A stretch of DNA of 64,000 nucleotides from Eledone cirrhosa (taxonomy: Eukaryota), in contig OZ024754.1 of NCBI GenBank assembly GCA_964016885.1, positions 4,464,001 through 4,528,000 of the forward strand, read 5' to 3'. Below the pieces are notes generated by a model. The model did not search any database. It saw nothing but the letters and a program-made list of their open reading frames with translations, and was not told the DNA's origin. Within the stretch, counting starts at the first letter, position 1, and each line of letters begins with the position of its first letter. Below, piece by piece: positions 39,156 through 52,514 of the stretch. Made by a program: the position numbers and the translations under genes.

Positions 39156-40778
39156 ACCCTAGCATGGTGTCCGACCCTCTACCGATACTGCCAATCCACT
39201 ACCCTAGCATGGTGTCCGACCCTCTACCGATACTGCCAATCCACTACCCTAGCATGGTGTCCGACCCTCTACCGATACTGCCAATCCACTACCCTAGCAT
39301 GGTGTCCGACCCTCTACCGATACTGCCAATCCACTACCCTAGCATGGTGTCCGACCCTCTACCGATACTGCCAATCCACCACCCTAGCATGGTGTCCGAC
39401 CCTCTACCGATACTGCCAATCCACCACCCTAGCATGGTGTCCGACCCTCTACCGATACTGCCAATCCACCACCCTAGCATGGTGTCCGACCCTCTACCGA
39501 TACTGCCAATCCACCACCCTAGCATGGTGTCCGACCCTCTACCGATACTGCCAATCCACCACCCTAGCATGGTGTCTGACCCTCTACCGATACTGCCAAT
39601 CCACCACCCTAGCATGGTGTCCGACCCTCTACCGATACTGCCAATCCACCACCCTAGCATGGTGTCTGACCCTCTACCGATACTGCCAATCCACCACCCT
39701 AGCATGGTGTCCGACCCTCTACCGATACTGCCAATCCACCACCCTAGCATGGTGTCCGACCCTCTACCGATACTGCCAATCCACCACCCTAGCATGGTGT
39801 CTGACCCTCTACCGATACTGCCAATCCACCACCCTAGCATGGTGTCCGACCCTCTACCGATACTGCCAATCCACCACCCTAGCATGGTGTCTGACCCTCT
39901 ACCGATACTGCCAATCCACCACCCTAGCATGGTGTCCGACCCTCTACCGATACTGCCAATCCACCACCCTAGCATGGTGTCCGACCCTCTACCGATACTG
40001 CCAATCCACCACCCTAGCATGGTGTCCGACCCTCTACCGATACTGCCAATCCACCACCCTAGCATGGTGTCCGACCCTCTACCGATACTGCCAATCCACC
40101 ACCCTAGCATGGTGTCCGACCCTCTACCGATACTGCCAATCCACCACCCTAGCATGGTGTCCGACCCTCTACCGATACTGCCAATCCACCACCCTAGCAT
40201 GGTGTCTGACCCTCTACCGATACTGCCAATCCACCACCCTAGCATGGTGTCCGACCCTCTACCGATACTGCCAATCCACCACCCTAGCATGGTGTCCGAC
40301 CCTCTACCGATACTGCCAATCCACCACCCTAGCATGGTGTCCGACCCTCTACCGATACTGCCAATCCACCACCCTAGCATGGTGTCTGACCCTCTACCGA
40401 TACTGCCAATCCACCACCCTAGCATGGTGTCCGACCCTCTACCGATACTGCCAATCCACCACCCTAGCATGGTGTCTGACCCTCTACCGATACTGCCAAT
40501 CCACCACCCTAGCATGGTGTCCGACCCTCTACCGATACTGCCAATCCACCACCCTAGCATGGTGTCCGACCCTCTACCGATACTGCCAATCCACCACCCT
40601 AGCATGGTGTCTGACCCTCTACCGATACTGCCAATCCACCACCCTAGCATGGTGTCCGACCCTCTACCGATACTGCCAATCCACCACCCTAGCATGGTGT
40701 CCGACCCTCTACCGATACTGCCAATCCACCACCCTAGCATGGTGTCCGACCCTCTACCGATACTGCCAATCCACCGCC
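39116..40778 (-). repeat. 45-bp tandem array (~37 copies) derived from the SINE A 5' head
   Basis: Unit agcatggtgtccgaccctctaccgatactgccaatccaccaccct is the reverse complement of the SINE head containing the A box; the last unit ends in the natural 5' end ccaccgcc. Confidence 0.97.
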
Positions 40779-40909
40779 ATCATTCAGCTAAAATAATTCC
40801 ACATGCTTTCCTTCGGTGATAGTTGATGCTAAAGACATGTCGCGAGATATAGCTACGTTAAGGGAGCAATGGACGAGAGACTATTAAATGTATACAGTAG
40901 ATAATATTT

Positions 40910-41096
40910 GGCGGTGGATTGGCAGTATCGGTAGAGGGTCGGACGCCATGATTTCCAGCATAGTTACGTCCCTTTACGATCTGAGTTCAAATCCCGCCGA
41001 GGTTGACTTTGCCTTTCATCCTTACGGGGTCGATAAAATAAAGTACCAGTAATGAACTGGATAATTTGCTGGCCTTGTGCCTAAAGTAGAAACAAA
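40910..41096 (+). mobile_element. SINE family A, full length
   Basis: Consensus match; short aatattt duplication on the flanks. Confidence 0.92.
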
Positions 41097-41247
41097 TATT
41101 TAAATAAGCTTAACAAAAAATATCGTCCTTAAAATGTATAGAATGTCTCAATCGTGTTTTCAATAATGAATTAGACTATATATATATGTATGTATGTGTA
41201 TATATAGTCGGTGTGTTTTTATAACGTGTATGGATATATATTTTGTA

Positions 41248-41280
<33 letters not shown>

Positions 41281-41285
<5 letters not shown>

Positions 41286-41710
41286 ATTAAATAAATGGAA
41301 AACTATATTTATAAAACCATATTTATTTCATTATATATATTTCGGGGATATCATATTAACAATATGCTATGCCTTCATCAGACAAAATACAATATAAGCA
41401 GTTTTATAGATAAATAGATTCGACATACCGTTATAACACCGACTTCATTTGAAGAGGTTTAAGCTGGCAGTCTTAAACCTCTTCAAATGAAGTCGGTGTT
41501 ATAACGGTATGTCGAATCTATTTATCTATAAAACTGTTTATATTGTATTTTGTCTGATGAAGGCATAGCATATTGTTAATATGATATCCCCGAAATATAT
41601 ATAATGAAATAAATATGGTTTTATAAATATAGTTTTCCATTTATTTAATATTGTAAATATACTCCAAATATTTGTCGAGTGCTTTTATATCAGTTATAAA
41701 TATTTACTAG
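41281..41710. mobile_element. Young foldback element: 183-bp inverted arms (41281-41463 / 41472-41654) plus ~50 bp one-sided tail
   Basis: Arms identical except one mismatch seen; 8-nt spacer; complete HHR in each arm; abuts (TA)n; family shared with 55515. Confidence 0.85.
41547..41610 (+). ncRNA. Type-I hammerhead ribozyme motif (mirror copy at 41325-41388 on -)
   Basis: attttgt-CTGATGA-aggcatagcatattgttaatatgatatcccc-GAAA-tatata-TA-atgaaat; stem I 7 bp with G-U pairs. Confidence 0.75.
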
Positions 41711-41924
41711 TTGTAACCCAACTATTTTAAATATAACTTTCCATGTATATATATATATATATATTTATTAAAATAACAGATTAATACATATATATGTATA
41801 TACACATACATATATATATATACATACATATATATATATATATTTATATACATATATATATATTCATATATATATATATATATTTATATACATATATATT
41901 TATATACATATATATTTATATACA

Positions 41925-41962
<38 letters not shown>

Positions 41963-42125
41963 CATATACATACACATACATATACATACACATATATATA
42001 CATACACATATATATACATACATATATATATATATACACTCATATATATATATACATACATATATATACATATATATATATATTTATATACATATGCATA
42101 CATACATATATACATACACACACAC

Positions 42126-42162
<37 letters not shown>

Positions 42163-42544
42163 GTGTGTATGTGATTGTATATGTATACGTGTCTGTGTAT
42201 GTATTTTAATTAACATATATTTGCATATACATGTTTTGAAATTTATGTAGGTCAATATCTGCTAACTTCTGATTCATAATTGATGTTCTATTCGGCATTC
42301 TGGAGTACGTGTCACTTCTAGAAGAGCCGGAAGTCAGCAATCCGGTTTCGATTTCCGATGGTAGCTATTACGGTTCACCTTATGTGACTTATGACGCATT
42401 AGAAAACTCCTACCCTCCTTCCCTCTACCCTACCCTCGCTCACCCTACCCTAACTCCTGCCCTACCATACCCTACCCATCTCTAACTCTCATGCGCTTCT
42501 ATTGATATTCTCTGATTATGTAAAATTTCTTAATTAGCCATTAT

Positions 42545-42586
<42 letters not shown>

Positions 42587-43116
42587 CTATGCACACTCAT
42601 CTATACACCCACACACACACATACATCCATTCGTCTTTATACACATACATCAATTCATTCATCCACACACGCACACACACACACACATACATGCATTCAT
42701 CTTTATACACATACATACATCCATTCATCCATGCACACACACATATATCCATCAATCTATACTCACACACACACGCACACACACATACATCCATCAATCT
42801 ATACTCACATACACGCGCGCACATACACACACACATACATACATCTATACACACACACACACACATACTTACATCAATCCACACACACACATACATCCAT
42901 CCATACACACATACACATACATATTCATCCATTCACAGACACACACACACACATTTATCTATTCATCTACACACGCATCATAAAGTAAATATATAATATA
43001 TACTGATATATGTTATATGTTATACAATTCACAAGTGTTATCAGGCCATTAATTAAAACATATATTACAAATATGTCACATATTGCTATAAAATATAGTG
43101 GGCGTCCCAAAATAAT

Positions 43117-43300
43117 TGTTTCTATTTTTAGGCACAAGACCAGCAATTACCCAGTACATTACTGGTACTTTATTTTATCGACCCCGTAAGGATGAGAGAC
43201 AAAGTTAATCTCGGCGGGATTTGAAGTCAGATCATAAAGGGACGTAACTCTACGCTTCAAAGCATGGTGTCCGACTCTCTACCGATACTGCCAATCCACC
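43117..43300 (-). mobile_element. SINE family A inserted into MITE M1 (43098-43385)
   Basis: TSD gcgtc(c/g)caaaataat at 43102-43116 and 43301-43315; MITE body resumes at ctttgattacctgtacaggcaatatt. Confidence 0.85.
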
Positions 43301-43516
43301 GCGTCGCAAAATAATATATACAAACTTTGATTACCTGTACAGGCAATATTGATGAGAATGCTGTTGAAGTGTGTATATATAAACGGCGATGAATTAGTTT
43401 ATATTTATATGTGTGTGTGTTTGTATGCAGGTATGCTTATATATGTGTGGATGTGTGCTTTTAATCATATATATGTATATGTATATAGATTTACATTACA
43501 TTATATATTTATGCAC

Positions 43517-43701
43517 GGGCGGTGGATTGGCAGTATCGGTAGAGGGTCGGACGCCATGCTTTCCAGCATAGTTACGTCCCTTTACGATCTGAGTTCAAAT
43601 CCCGCCGAGGTTGACTTTGCCTTTCATCCTTACGGGGTCGATAAAATAAAGTACCAGTAATGCACTGGGTAATTGCTGGCCTTGTGCCTAAAGTAGAAAC
43701 A
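43517..43701 (+). mobile_element. SINE family A, full length with TSD
   Basis: 17-bp TSD attatatatttatgcac at 43500-43516 and 43702-43718. Confidence 0.93.
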
Positions 43702-44056
43702 ATTATATATTTATGCACATAAAGAGAGTGAAAGTGTAATGGGTGGTAACACAGTTGCATATATTATAGATATATAGATAATAGCACTGTAATGTTGTGA
43801 GGTAGTCATAACCACATTATCTTTAATGTGGTCTATTGAAATTCCTTTACCGTTTTACTTCACATTAGGGATTGATGGTGTAGACTGGAATTATTCATAA
43901 TTACGTATAATTATTCATTGAGCACTTTTGTGGATTGTTCTTCGATTAAGTTTAGTACAGATGTACTCCTTTGAATTCCTCTGTCTTACTATCTCAAGGT
44001 ATACAAATCTGCTATGTATGCATATTGGGTGTGTGTATGTATATATGTACCTGGAT

Positions 44057-44108
<52 letters not shown>

Positions 44109-44707
44109 ATGTATGTACCTGGATACATATGTGCGTGTGTATGTATGTTTGTATGTACCTGTATATATATATATATGTGTGTGTCTGTGTGTGTGCCTCT
44201 GTGTACCTGTGTGTGTGTGTGCCTGTGTGTGCATGTATCTGTGTGTGTGCCTGTGTGTGCATGTGTCTGTGTGTGTTTGTGTCTGTGTGTGACTGTGTGT
44301 GCGCCTGTGTGTGTGTGCGTGCGCCTGTGGGGGGGGGGCTTGTGTGTGTCTGTGTGTCTGTGTCTGCGTGTGCCTGTGTGTATGCGCCTGTGTGTGTGTG
44401 TATGTGTGTGTGCGCCTGTCTGTGTCTGTGTGCCTGTGTGTATGCGCCTGTGTGTGTGTGTGTGCCTGTGTGTGTGTCTGTGTGTGTGTATACGTATAAA
44501 TGTTTTTGTCTGTGTGTCTGTGCCTGTGTGTATGCGCCTGTGTGTGTGTGTGTGTGTCTGTGTGTGTCGGTGTGTGTGTATACGTATAAATGTTTGGATG
44601 TGTTTGTGTATGTATATAATTATTTAGTCATCAGCTTCTCCATTAGTCTCTAATTTATATATTACTTCTGTAATGCAATACCACGTGACCGTCATACTTT
44701 GTTCCAG

Positions 44708-44779
44708 AAAACACCTAAGAGGGTTAGACAGTATGCTCTGTCCCTTCTTGTGGAAGGGACAGATCCCACTGGGCAGAAG
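44708..44779 (+). other. Candidate 72-bp phase 0-0 coding exon (unverified)
   Basis: ctttgttccag| KTPKRVRQYALSLLVEGTDPTGQK |gtacat; open frame in an island of unique sequence. Confidence 0.25.
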
Positions 44780-44969
44780 GTACATGTCAATAAAACCGGG
44801 ATAAGCTCTGGTCCGATGAAAAATCTTTTCTTGGAACAATCATAAAAGATTCACTACTGTTTTTTGCATGTTTGGTTTCGCCCTTTTTCTTGAAGGAAAT
44901 CCCTCACTGTTTCTTATTTGTGGTGTTCTTTGTATTGTTACTGTTTTGTACTGCCACAATTGTCTTCGG

Positions 44970-45350
44970 AGGCGGACAACATGCTTTACGGCATAGAGTT
45001 AGTACCCTTTACGTTCTGAGTTCAAATCCCGCTGAAGTTAGCTTTGCCTTTCATCTTCACAGGGTCGATAAAATAAAGTACCAGTAACGCACTGGGGTTG
45101 ATTTAGTCGACTTTCCCCTCACCCTAAATTGTTGGCCTTGTGCCTATATAAGAAACCATTAATTATAGAGTTTCCCATTTTGGCACAAGGCCAGCGATTA
45201 CCTCAGTGCATCACTGGTACTTTATTTTATCGACCCCGTAAGGATAAAAAGCAAAATTAACCTCGGCGGATTTGAACTCAGAATACAAAGGGCCATAACT
45301 CTATGCTGCAAAGCATGCTGTCTGACGCTCTACCGATACTGCCAAACCAG
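44970..45350. mobile_element. Tail-to-tail SINE pair (variant + 44970-45160; family A - 45170-45350)
   Basis: Consensus matches in opposite orientations. Confidence 0.85.
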
Positions 45351-46929
45351 GCGACGAATAAAAAGTTATTAGGGCATCGGATAGAATATCTTGTGTTACT
45401 TGTTCTTACTCTCTTTTTTTCAATTTAAATCCTGTCTTGAGATTCACGCCCCACCGAAGGCCAACGCCAATCCCTCGGCCATGGAACCACAATTAATAAA
45501 AGCTTCAATATGTTGAGGGCTGTTGTTATTGTCTACTACAGTTTAACGATGGTGATAGCGATGGAGGTTAGTCTATTGTGGACAAGTAACTGGTTGCTAA
45601 ACTTAATGCACCTCTCGGTTTAACACTAACAGGGCCTTGGTTGTCTTTGACAGATTTCACTCTGTTGTAAGCATTCCCGTCAGATCTCCGCTTAAAAATA
45701 CTAAATACCCTCCCAATCGTCTTGAATTCCCCGAAAAGTGGCAAGAGCGTTACCCTTACCACCCTGATGAAACAGCTAAACAATAAGAAAGTAAAATGCT
45801 TTTATGTATTTAGTTGCTTTCATTTACTTTCCCGAATTCTAATCCTAACAAGGTCGACTCTACATTTTAATCCTCTCAATGTTGATCTGATCAGCCTTAA
45901 CTTTACTCCAAAAATGTGTGGCCTTGTTTGTGCCAATGTCAGAAATTATTCTTATTCTTATTCTTACTGATTTCGAGTCAAAAGAAAAAGAAAAAGAATA
46001 GGCCTAAATTTGATGGCACTGAAGCCAAGATTGTAACGTTTTCTTCCCGTGTGAAAATAACCATTCCTAGTTCACTATTAGCTTTTCACTGTTCTAGACA
46101 TTTATTGCGAATCAAATTTCGCTTCTTGACGCAAAAAGAAGGCGAAAAAAAAAAAGAAAGAGAGAGGGAGAAAAAAAATGGTAATGATGGTTATTGTTGC
46201 TTCTGTTGTTGTTGTTATTGTCGACGAGGTTTTCTATCCAGGAGTTGTTTTTGTTGTTCATGTAAAAATGGTGGCTGGGTTGATGGAATTGTTATGTTTT
46301 GAAGAGTTTGGGTTTTTGGGAGTCTTTTTTTTTCTTTTTTTTTTTAGAAAAAGCGAAAAAAAAGATTCGGTCATTTCACATTTTCTTTCTGTTTCTGTTT
46401 TTTATTTTATTTTATTTCTTTAGTTTACTTTTTTTAATCTTCTTCCTGGTCATGCTTTGTCTTTCTTTATTATTGCTTTTGTTTATTATTTCCCCCTTCC
46501 TATGAAAGAAAAGATTGTTGCTTTTGTTTTTGATGTTTTTTTTTTCTGCGCTGCTTTGTGGTGGAAACTCACCCCCCATTGTTTTGTGTTTGGTCTTTGT
46601 AACGTCCCTTGTCTCTTGCCCTTGTGGCAACGAAAGAAAGTAGTAGTAGTAGTAATAGTAGTGGTGGTAGTGGTGGTGGTGGTGGTAGCAGCAGCAAGGG
46701 GAAGGGTGTGAGGAGGAGGGTGGGCGTGTGAAGAGTAGACGACAGCAATGGATTACTTACCAGTCGTGTGTTACAAGCTCTGGCAAAAGTCTGGGAGAGA
46801 AATGGGTGAGGGACAAAGTGTGAAGGAACGCGTGTATGGGGTGGGGTGATGGGGTCTGGGTTGATGCCAAAATGAAACAAATGTCATCATTCTACAGTCT
46901 AAGACTTAGATAAGTATTGTGTATGAGCT

Positions 46930-47017
<88 letters not shown>

Positions 47018-47538
47018 TGTATATTTGTATAAGTAATCTGCCTATTGTTGAGACTGGTGTTGCTTTACTTATTCTGATTGATATGTAACATAAAGGGATT
47101 GATATATATATATGTATGTGTGTGTATGTATATATGTATATATATGTATGTGTGTGTATGTATATATGTATATATATGTATGTGTGTGTATGTATATATG
47201 TATATGTATGTGTGTGTATGTACATATGTATATATATGTATGTGTGTGTATGCATATATGTATATATATGTATGTGTGTGTATGCATATATGTATATATA
47301 TGTGTGTGTATGTATATATATGTATGTGTGTGTATGCATATATGTATATATATGTATGTGTGTGTATGTATATATGTATATATATGTGTGTGTGTATGGT
47401 GCATGTGTGTGTATATGTGTGTGTGTATATATATATATACATATGTATATGTGTAGTTCAAGATTTGAAAGAAACCAACAGCGAGATACAATTACAGTCA
47501 TATACGTTTGACGTTTGTTGGAAAAGAAAGAAGGGATG

Positions 47539-47579
47539 TGATGACTCAGAGTATCGGACATTAGTCATTCATCAGGTGG
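47539..47579 (-). ncRNA. Degenerate hammerhead ribozyme motif
   Basis: Minus: CTGATGA-atgactaatgtcc-GATA-ctctgag-TC; core mutated and stem I not paired. Confidence 0.35.
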
Positions 47580-47652
47580 AGTAAAGTTAGGAGAAAAAGG
47601 TTGCTGGAAAGTTGGAGAGAAAAAGTATTTTATCAGATATGTTTATATATAT

Positions 47653-48005
<353 letters not shown>

Positions 48006-48062
48006 CCTATATATATATATATACATACACATACATAATATGTATGTGTGTGACTAAAATTA

Positions 48063-48232
48063 TCATATTTCCCGGCGTCGAAGAGACTATTTCTTCCCTA
48101 AAATAAGTCTCAAAAATCTACCAATGCGTCCTGGAGGCCGAAGGGTATTTTTTTTTTTTTTTTCAAATTTTTGGTTGTTAAAATTAGGGTACGTCCTCAA
48201 GGATGAAGCCTCTTCGGCGCTGGGAAATACGA
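48063..48232. mobile_element. pogo/Tigger-like MITE
   Basis: TA-tcatatttcccggcgtcgaagag ... ctcttcggcgctgggaaatacga-TA TIRs. Confidence 0.7.
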
Positions 48233-49474
48233 TACATGGTATCCCCACTGGATAAGACACCAGTTGGTTGCAAGCTTGGGCTACTAGTACTATTTTCTTT
48301 TTGGTTGAGTCAATGCATAAATCTTCTGGGTTTGGTTTTCTTCCTCCCTACAGTACCATTCCTTTTTTGTTTGGTCACCATATTAATGTATAAATATATG
48401 TGTGCATATACATGTCATCTAAATGGATTTGTCTATAATGTTTGCTTTCTTTAGGTGGGTTTTTTTGCTGCTGATAATTTTTGTTTGCTGCGACGATATT
48501 ACAAGTGTCACCACTACTTCTAGTATTATTTTCACAAGTGCCTACAATAAGATTAACGTAATTTTTATTATCGCTGTTATTGTCCATAATTCATTTTAGA
48601 GTCGTTGTCAAAATTATTCGTGTCATTTGGATAAATGTTCTCAATATACAAACTATATTTCTTTTCTTTTTCTTCGTTTTCTTCACCCTCCTTCCAAGGA
48701 AAATGTTAATCTACCACTATTTTGGGAATCATTTTCCACGAATAATCACCGTAGTCATGTTGAAAAATAATGTGACACGAAGACAGTCAAACAAGAAGAA
48801 AAGAAGAGTAGATAAGAAATAAGAAATATCTTCCCCTAAATAATGAAAGTAAATAACAAAGAAAATCTGCTATTTTTTTTTTATTATATCAACAACATCA
48901 AAACGAAAACGCAATAAATCTAATACACGTTACAGGAAAACAAAGGTTTTAACTCGAAACAGAAGCTGTTTCAGGACACCTCTTTCCGCACTGATATCTA
49001 TCTGGCAATAACAAAAAAAAAAATGTCTACTTACTGACGTCAAAAAGGAATTGGTTACCCGCCAAAAAAAAAAAAAAAAAAAAAGCTCTTTCAGTCTGAC
49101 TAGCTCTTTCAGCGCATCTCCCTTGAGATCTTGTTCGGTGACATTTTATAACGTTGTCTGTGAGATCATGAAACATCATTCACCTGAGGTTGTGTACTTG
49201 AAGTAAAGAGCAACGACGAATGATACAACGGGACAACCATTCAGGTTTTTAAGATATGCTCAAGAAACGCCGTATGTCACTACAGTTTCCCCATGACTCC
49301 GCCAGGAGTTATGGTTATATACATCCTATCAGTGTTAATAGCATATATATATATATATATATATATAAACAATGTAACTACACGCTACGAATGTAGAGAG
49401 CTTTCTCCTGCTTACTCCTGTTTTTACCAAAACAACGTCTACTGAACTCTCTCTCTCTATTTATATATCGTTTC

Positions 49475-49690
49475 TGAATTTGTTTAGCAAGATTCTTTAT
49501 CTGAAAACGTGTGTTGAAACCGATATTGTTATGCTTTGGGAGGGTCATGTTGCCAATAAGAAACACATGCACCAGTTGCTTTCACTCCAATTCATTATAA
49601 ATTAAATTTATAAATTTAATTTATAATAAATTGGCGTGAAAGCAACTGGTGCGTGTGTTTCTTATTGACAACATGACCCTCCCAAAGCAT

Positions 49691-49698
<8 letters not shown>
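49475..49698. mobile_element. Foldback element: spacer-less 176-bp palindrome 49523-49698 plus ~48 bp tail
   Basis: atattgttatgctttgggagggtcatg...catgaccctcccaaagcataacaatat, centre 49610/49611; family shared with 58743, related ends at 30420-30870 and 62455. Confidence 0.8.
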
Positions 49699-49732
<34 letters not shown>

Positions 49733-49738
<6 letters not shown>

Positions 49739-49880
49739 AAGAGGATGTGGTAAGATACCTGGTGGACCATGACACACCAGAGTACTCAATACTTAGGGTA
49801 TTAGAGAGGGTGATAGGAAAAGAGTCAGGACCCCGACGGCTGAGCTCCGGCCATTTGGACACCTAGATCCGAACACACCC
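49733..49880. mobile_element. Foldback family of 7682, single arm
   Basis: Aligns with 7682-7822 and ends at the hairpin ctagatccgaac; (TA)n on both sides. Confidence 0.75.
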
Positions 49881-50130
49881 ATATATATATATATATATAT
49901 ATGGATGGCAGGGTGTGTATATTCGTGTAAATAGGAACAGTTTTTCTTTTAAATATGGTATATTAAAATCACGAATGTATCCAAGATTTATCTTTTTAAT
50001 TAAGGATTGCCCCTATTTCCATTTTAGTCTCTGGTTTATTCGGCTTATCTTCTTTATTCTGTGTGATTTAACCATTCGGTAGCCGTTCAAATAGATCACT
50101 TGTATATTATTTTAATATTATTTCAAACAA

Positions 50131-50352
50131 GGTGGTGGATTGGTAGAGCGTCTGAGAAACTACCATTGTGCTATTTGTTCTGGATCTTTTGAACGGAGTT
50201 TCCTATGTTAGTCCACGCTGTACTGTTCCAATCATGTCAGCTTTGCGTTTCATCCTTTCGAGGTCGATAAAATAAAGTACCAGTCATTTACTAGGTTTGA
50301 TTTTAATCAACTTTACCCTTCTGACAAATGTATTGCCCTTATACCTAAAATT
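50131..50352 (+). mobile_element. Old SINE variant related to family A
   Basis: ggtggtggattgg head; tttcatcctttcgaggtcgataaaataaagtaccagt. Confidence 0.65.
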
Positions 50353-51155
50353 AAAAAAATATTAATACTATTTCAAACACCTTCTTATACCTAAAATGCA
50401 TCTTTCATCATGGCTGTTTATTGTTTGTAAACAAACAAATAAACACACTTCCATAACCTTCACAATATGTAGCCCACCATTGTTCCATTCCCCACCTCCA
50501 ATCTAGTCAAATACTTTCCCTCTTCCTAAACCTGACATATGAACGTCAATAAAATACCACTTCGACCACTTTAACCAAAAACTAGAAACCATTTCACATT
50601 TATCTCACCAGCTGAGTTTTCTAAAGAGATTAGTAGGCAGTCGGAAAATACAACCCATTGCTCACGATTTACAACGTTCCGGTTTCATCGCTAAGAGATT
50701 AACGTTTTACACGTCCGCCATCTTGATGCTTCCGCTTGCCAGGAGTCAACATGCATTATGACGGATCAAATTGTACTTATAGCATTAATCCTATGAATGT
50801 ATTCGTTCAATTTCCCTTTTCTCTATATTTTCCATCTACTACTACTACTGTTGCTGCTGCCAGTATAACTAACAACCGCACCAGAATACAAGTTATTCGC
50901 TTCCGTTTTGTTAACCAGCTTCCCATCACAGATGACAACGACTACGTAACTACCGCTACCGTTAAAAGAAAAAGTGTCCGCATTTTCTAAAACCGTTTAT
51001 TTTCAGTGGAATAAACACAGTTTCTAAAGTGGACTCTGACAGTGACTTTCAACTATAAAACTAAAATCAACTGACAAGGCTCAAAATACATACATTATTT
51101 TCTTCTTTTTACAAGAATTTTCAAGATTCCAGAATTTTGGGCAATAGTTAGAGTT

Positions 51156-51213
<58 letters not shown>

Positions 51214-51736
51214 GTGTGTGGGAGAGAGAGTGCGAATGTGTGTGTGAATGCGCATGCATGCATACGTATATTCATCCAAATATATATACATATATATGTA
51301 TATATATATATATATATATATAATGTGTGTGAGAGAGAGAAAGTGCAAATGTGTGTGAGTGTGAATGTGCATGCATGCATACGTATATTCATCTAAATAT
51401 ATATACATATATATGTATATACATTAATATAATTGTATACATAGGTGCATATATAAATGTATCCGAATATATATATATATATATGCGTATGTGTGTTAAT
51501 GTGTATGCAAGCATACAAATATTCGTTCAAATATATATATATACACACGCACACGCGCGCGTACACATACACTCTCAAATAGTTGCATATATACGTGCAA
51601 ATTTAAATGTGTGTCCGTATATATATATGTGTCAATATGTATGGACACATACGTATATTCATCCAAGTGTATATATATATATACTCATATAGTTGTACGT
51701 ATATATATATATATATATACAAGTACAACTATATGA

Positions 51737-51782
<46 letters not shown>

Positions 51783-52160
51783 GTACAACTATATGAGTAT
51801 ATATATAGATATAGATATATATATACTCATATAGTTGTACGTATATATACGAACATATTTAGATGTGAGTGTGAGTTATGTATATGTTGAATGTACTTAA
51901 TATGTTCGTGAACGCCAGCCTGTAATGTTTCCGCCATTTCATATCTTCTATTTAGGCTTAAGCTAGAAATGCACCAACCCATGGTATCTACTTATTTTGT
52001 TTACCACAGAGGCTGGGAATGGAATGTTGAGCTCGGTGAGAATTGATCTCTGAAAGTAACGTAGTGTAACTAATAGCTGAAAGATATTTTGACCAGCTCC
52101 TTCAGGACCAGATGAATAAAACTGTTCAAGCCCTTTGGAAGTAATTTCTCTCTCTCTCTC

Positions 52161-52209
<49 letters not shown>

Positions 52210-52315
52210 AGGGTGTCCCCAAAAATGTATTCTCACTTTGTTTACCTGTACAAGGTGTATTTATTAGAATGGTGTTGAAGTGTGTATACATTTGGGGGTG
52301 GGGGACGCATCATGT
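52210..52315. mobile_element. MITE family M1
   Basis: agggtgtccccaaaaatgtat ... gtatacatttggggg. Confidence 0.7.
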
Positions 52316-52334
52316 AAAGTATACATATTTTTTT

Positions 52335-52514
52335 CTTCTTTTCCTCGCCCACTTATTCCTGAGAGGGTCGTGGGGACAGAGCCCCCAAACACACCTTCCA
52401 TCGGGTCCTGTCAGAAGCAACCGTATCCAACTGATCCGGCTGGATTCTCAAGAGAGACCAGCCAAGCTCATGGATGTTACCCAACCATCTTGTTTGGGGT
52501 ATACTCCTGGGTCT

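Noticed and set aside
39119-40819. 566-aa and 468-aa repeat ORFs, or a CRISPR-like array
   Set aside because: Units are identical SINE heads with no unique spacers; the 45-bp period keeps frames open by chance; no cas genes and eukaryotic context
42410-42490. Telomere-like taccc/ccctaa repeats (also ~4850)
   Set aside because: Too short and degenerate to call interstitial telomeric sequence
45568-45786. Protein-like open frames on both strands
   Set aside because: Cannot choose a strand, and no recognisable homology
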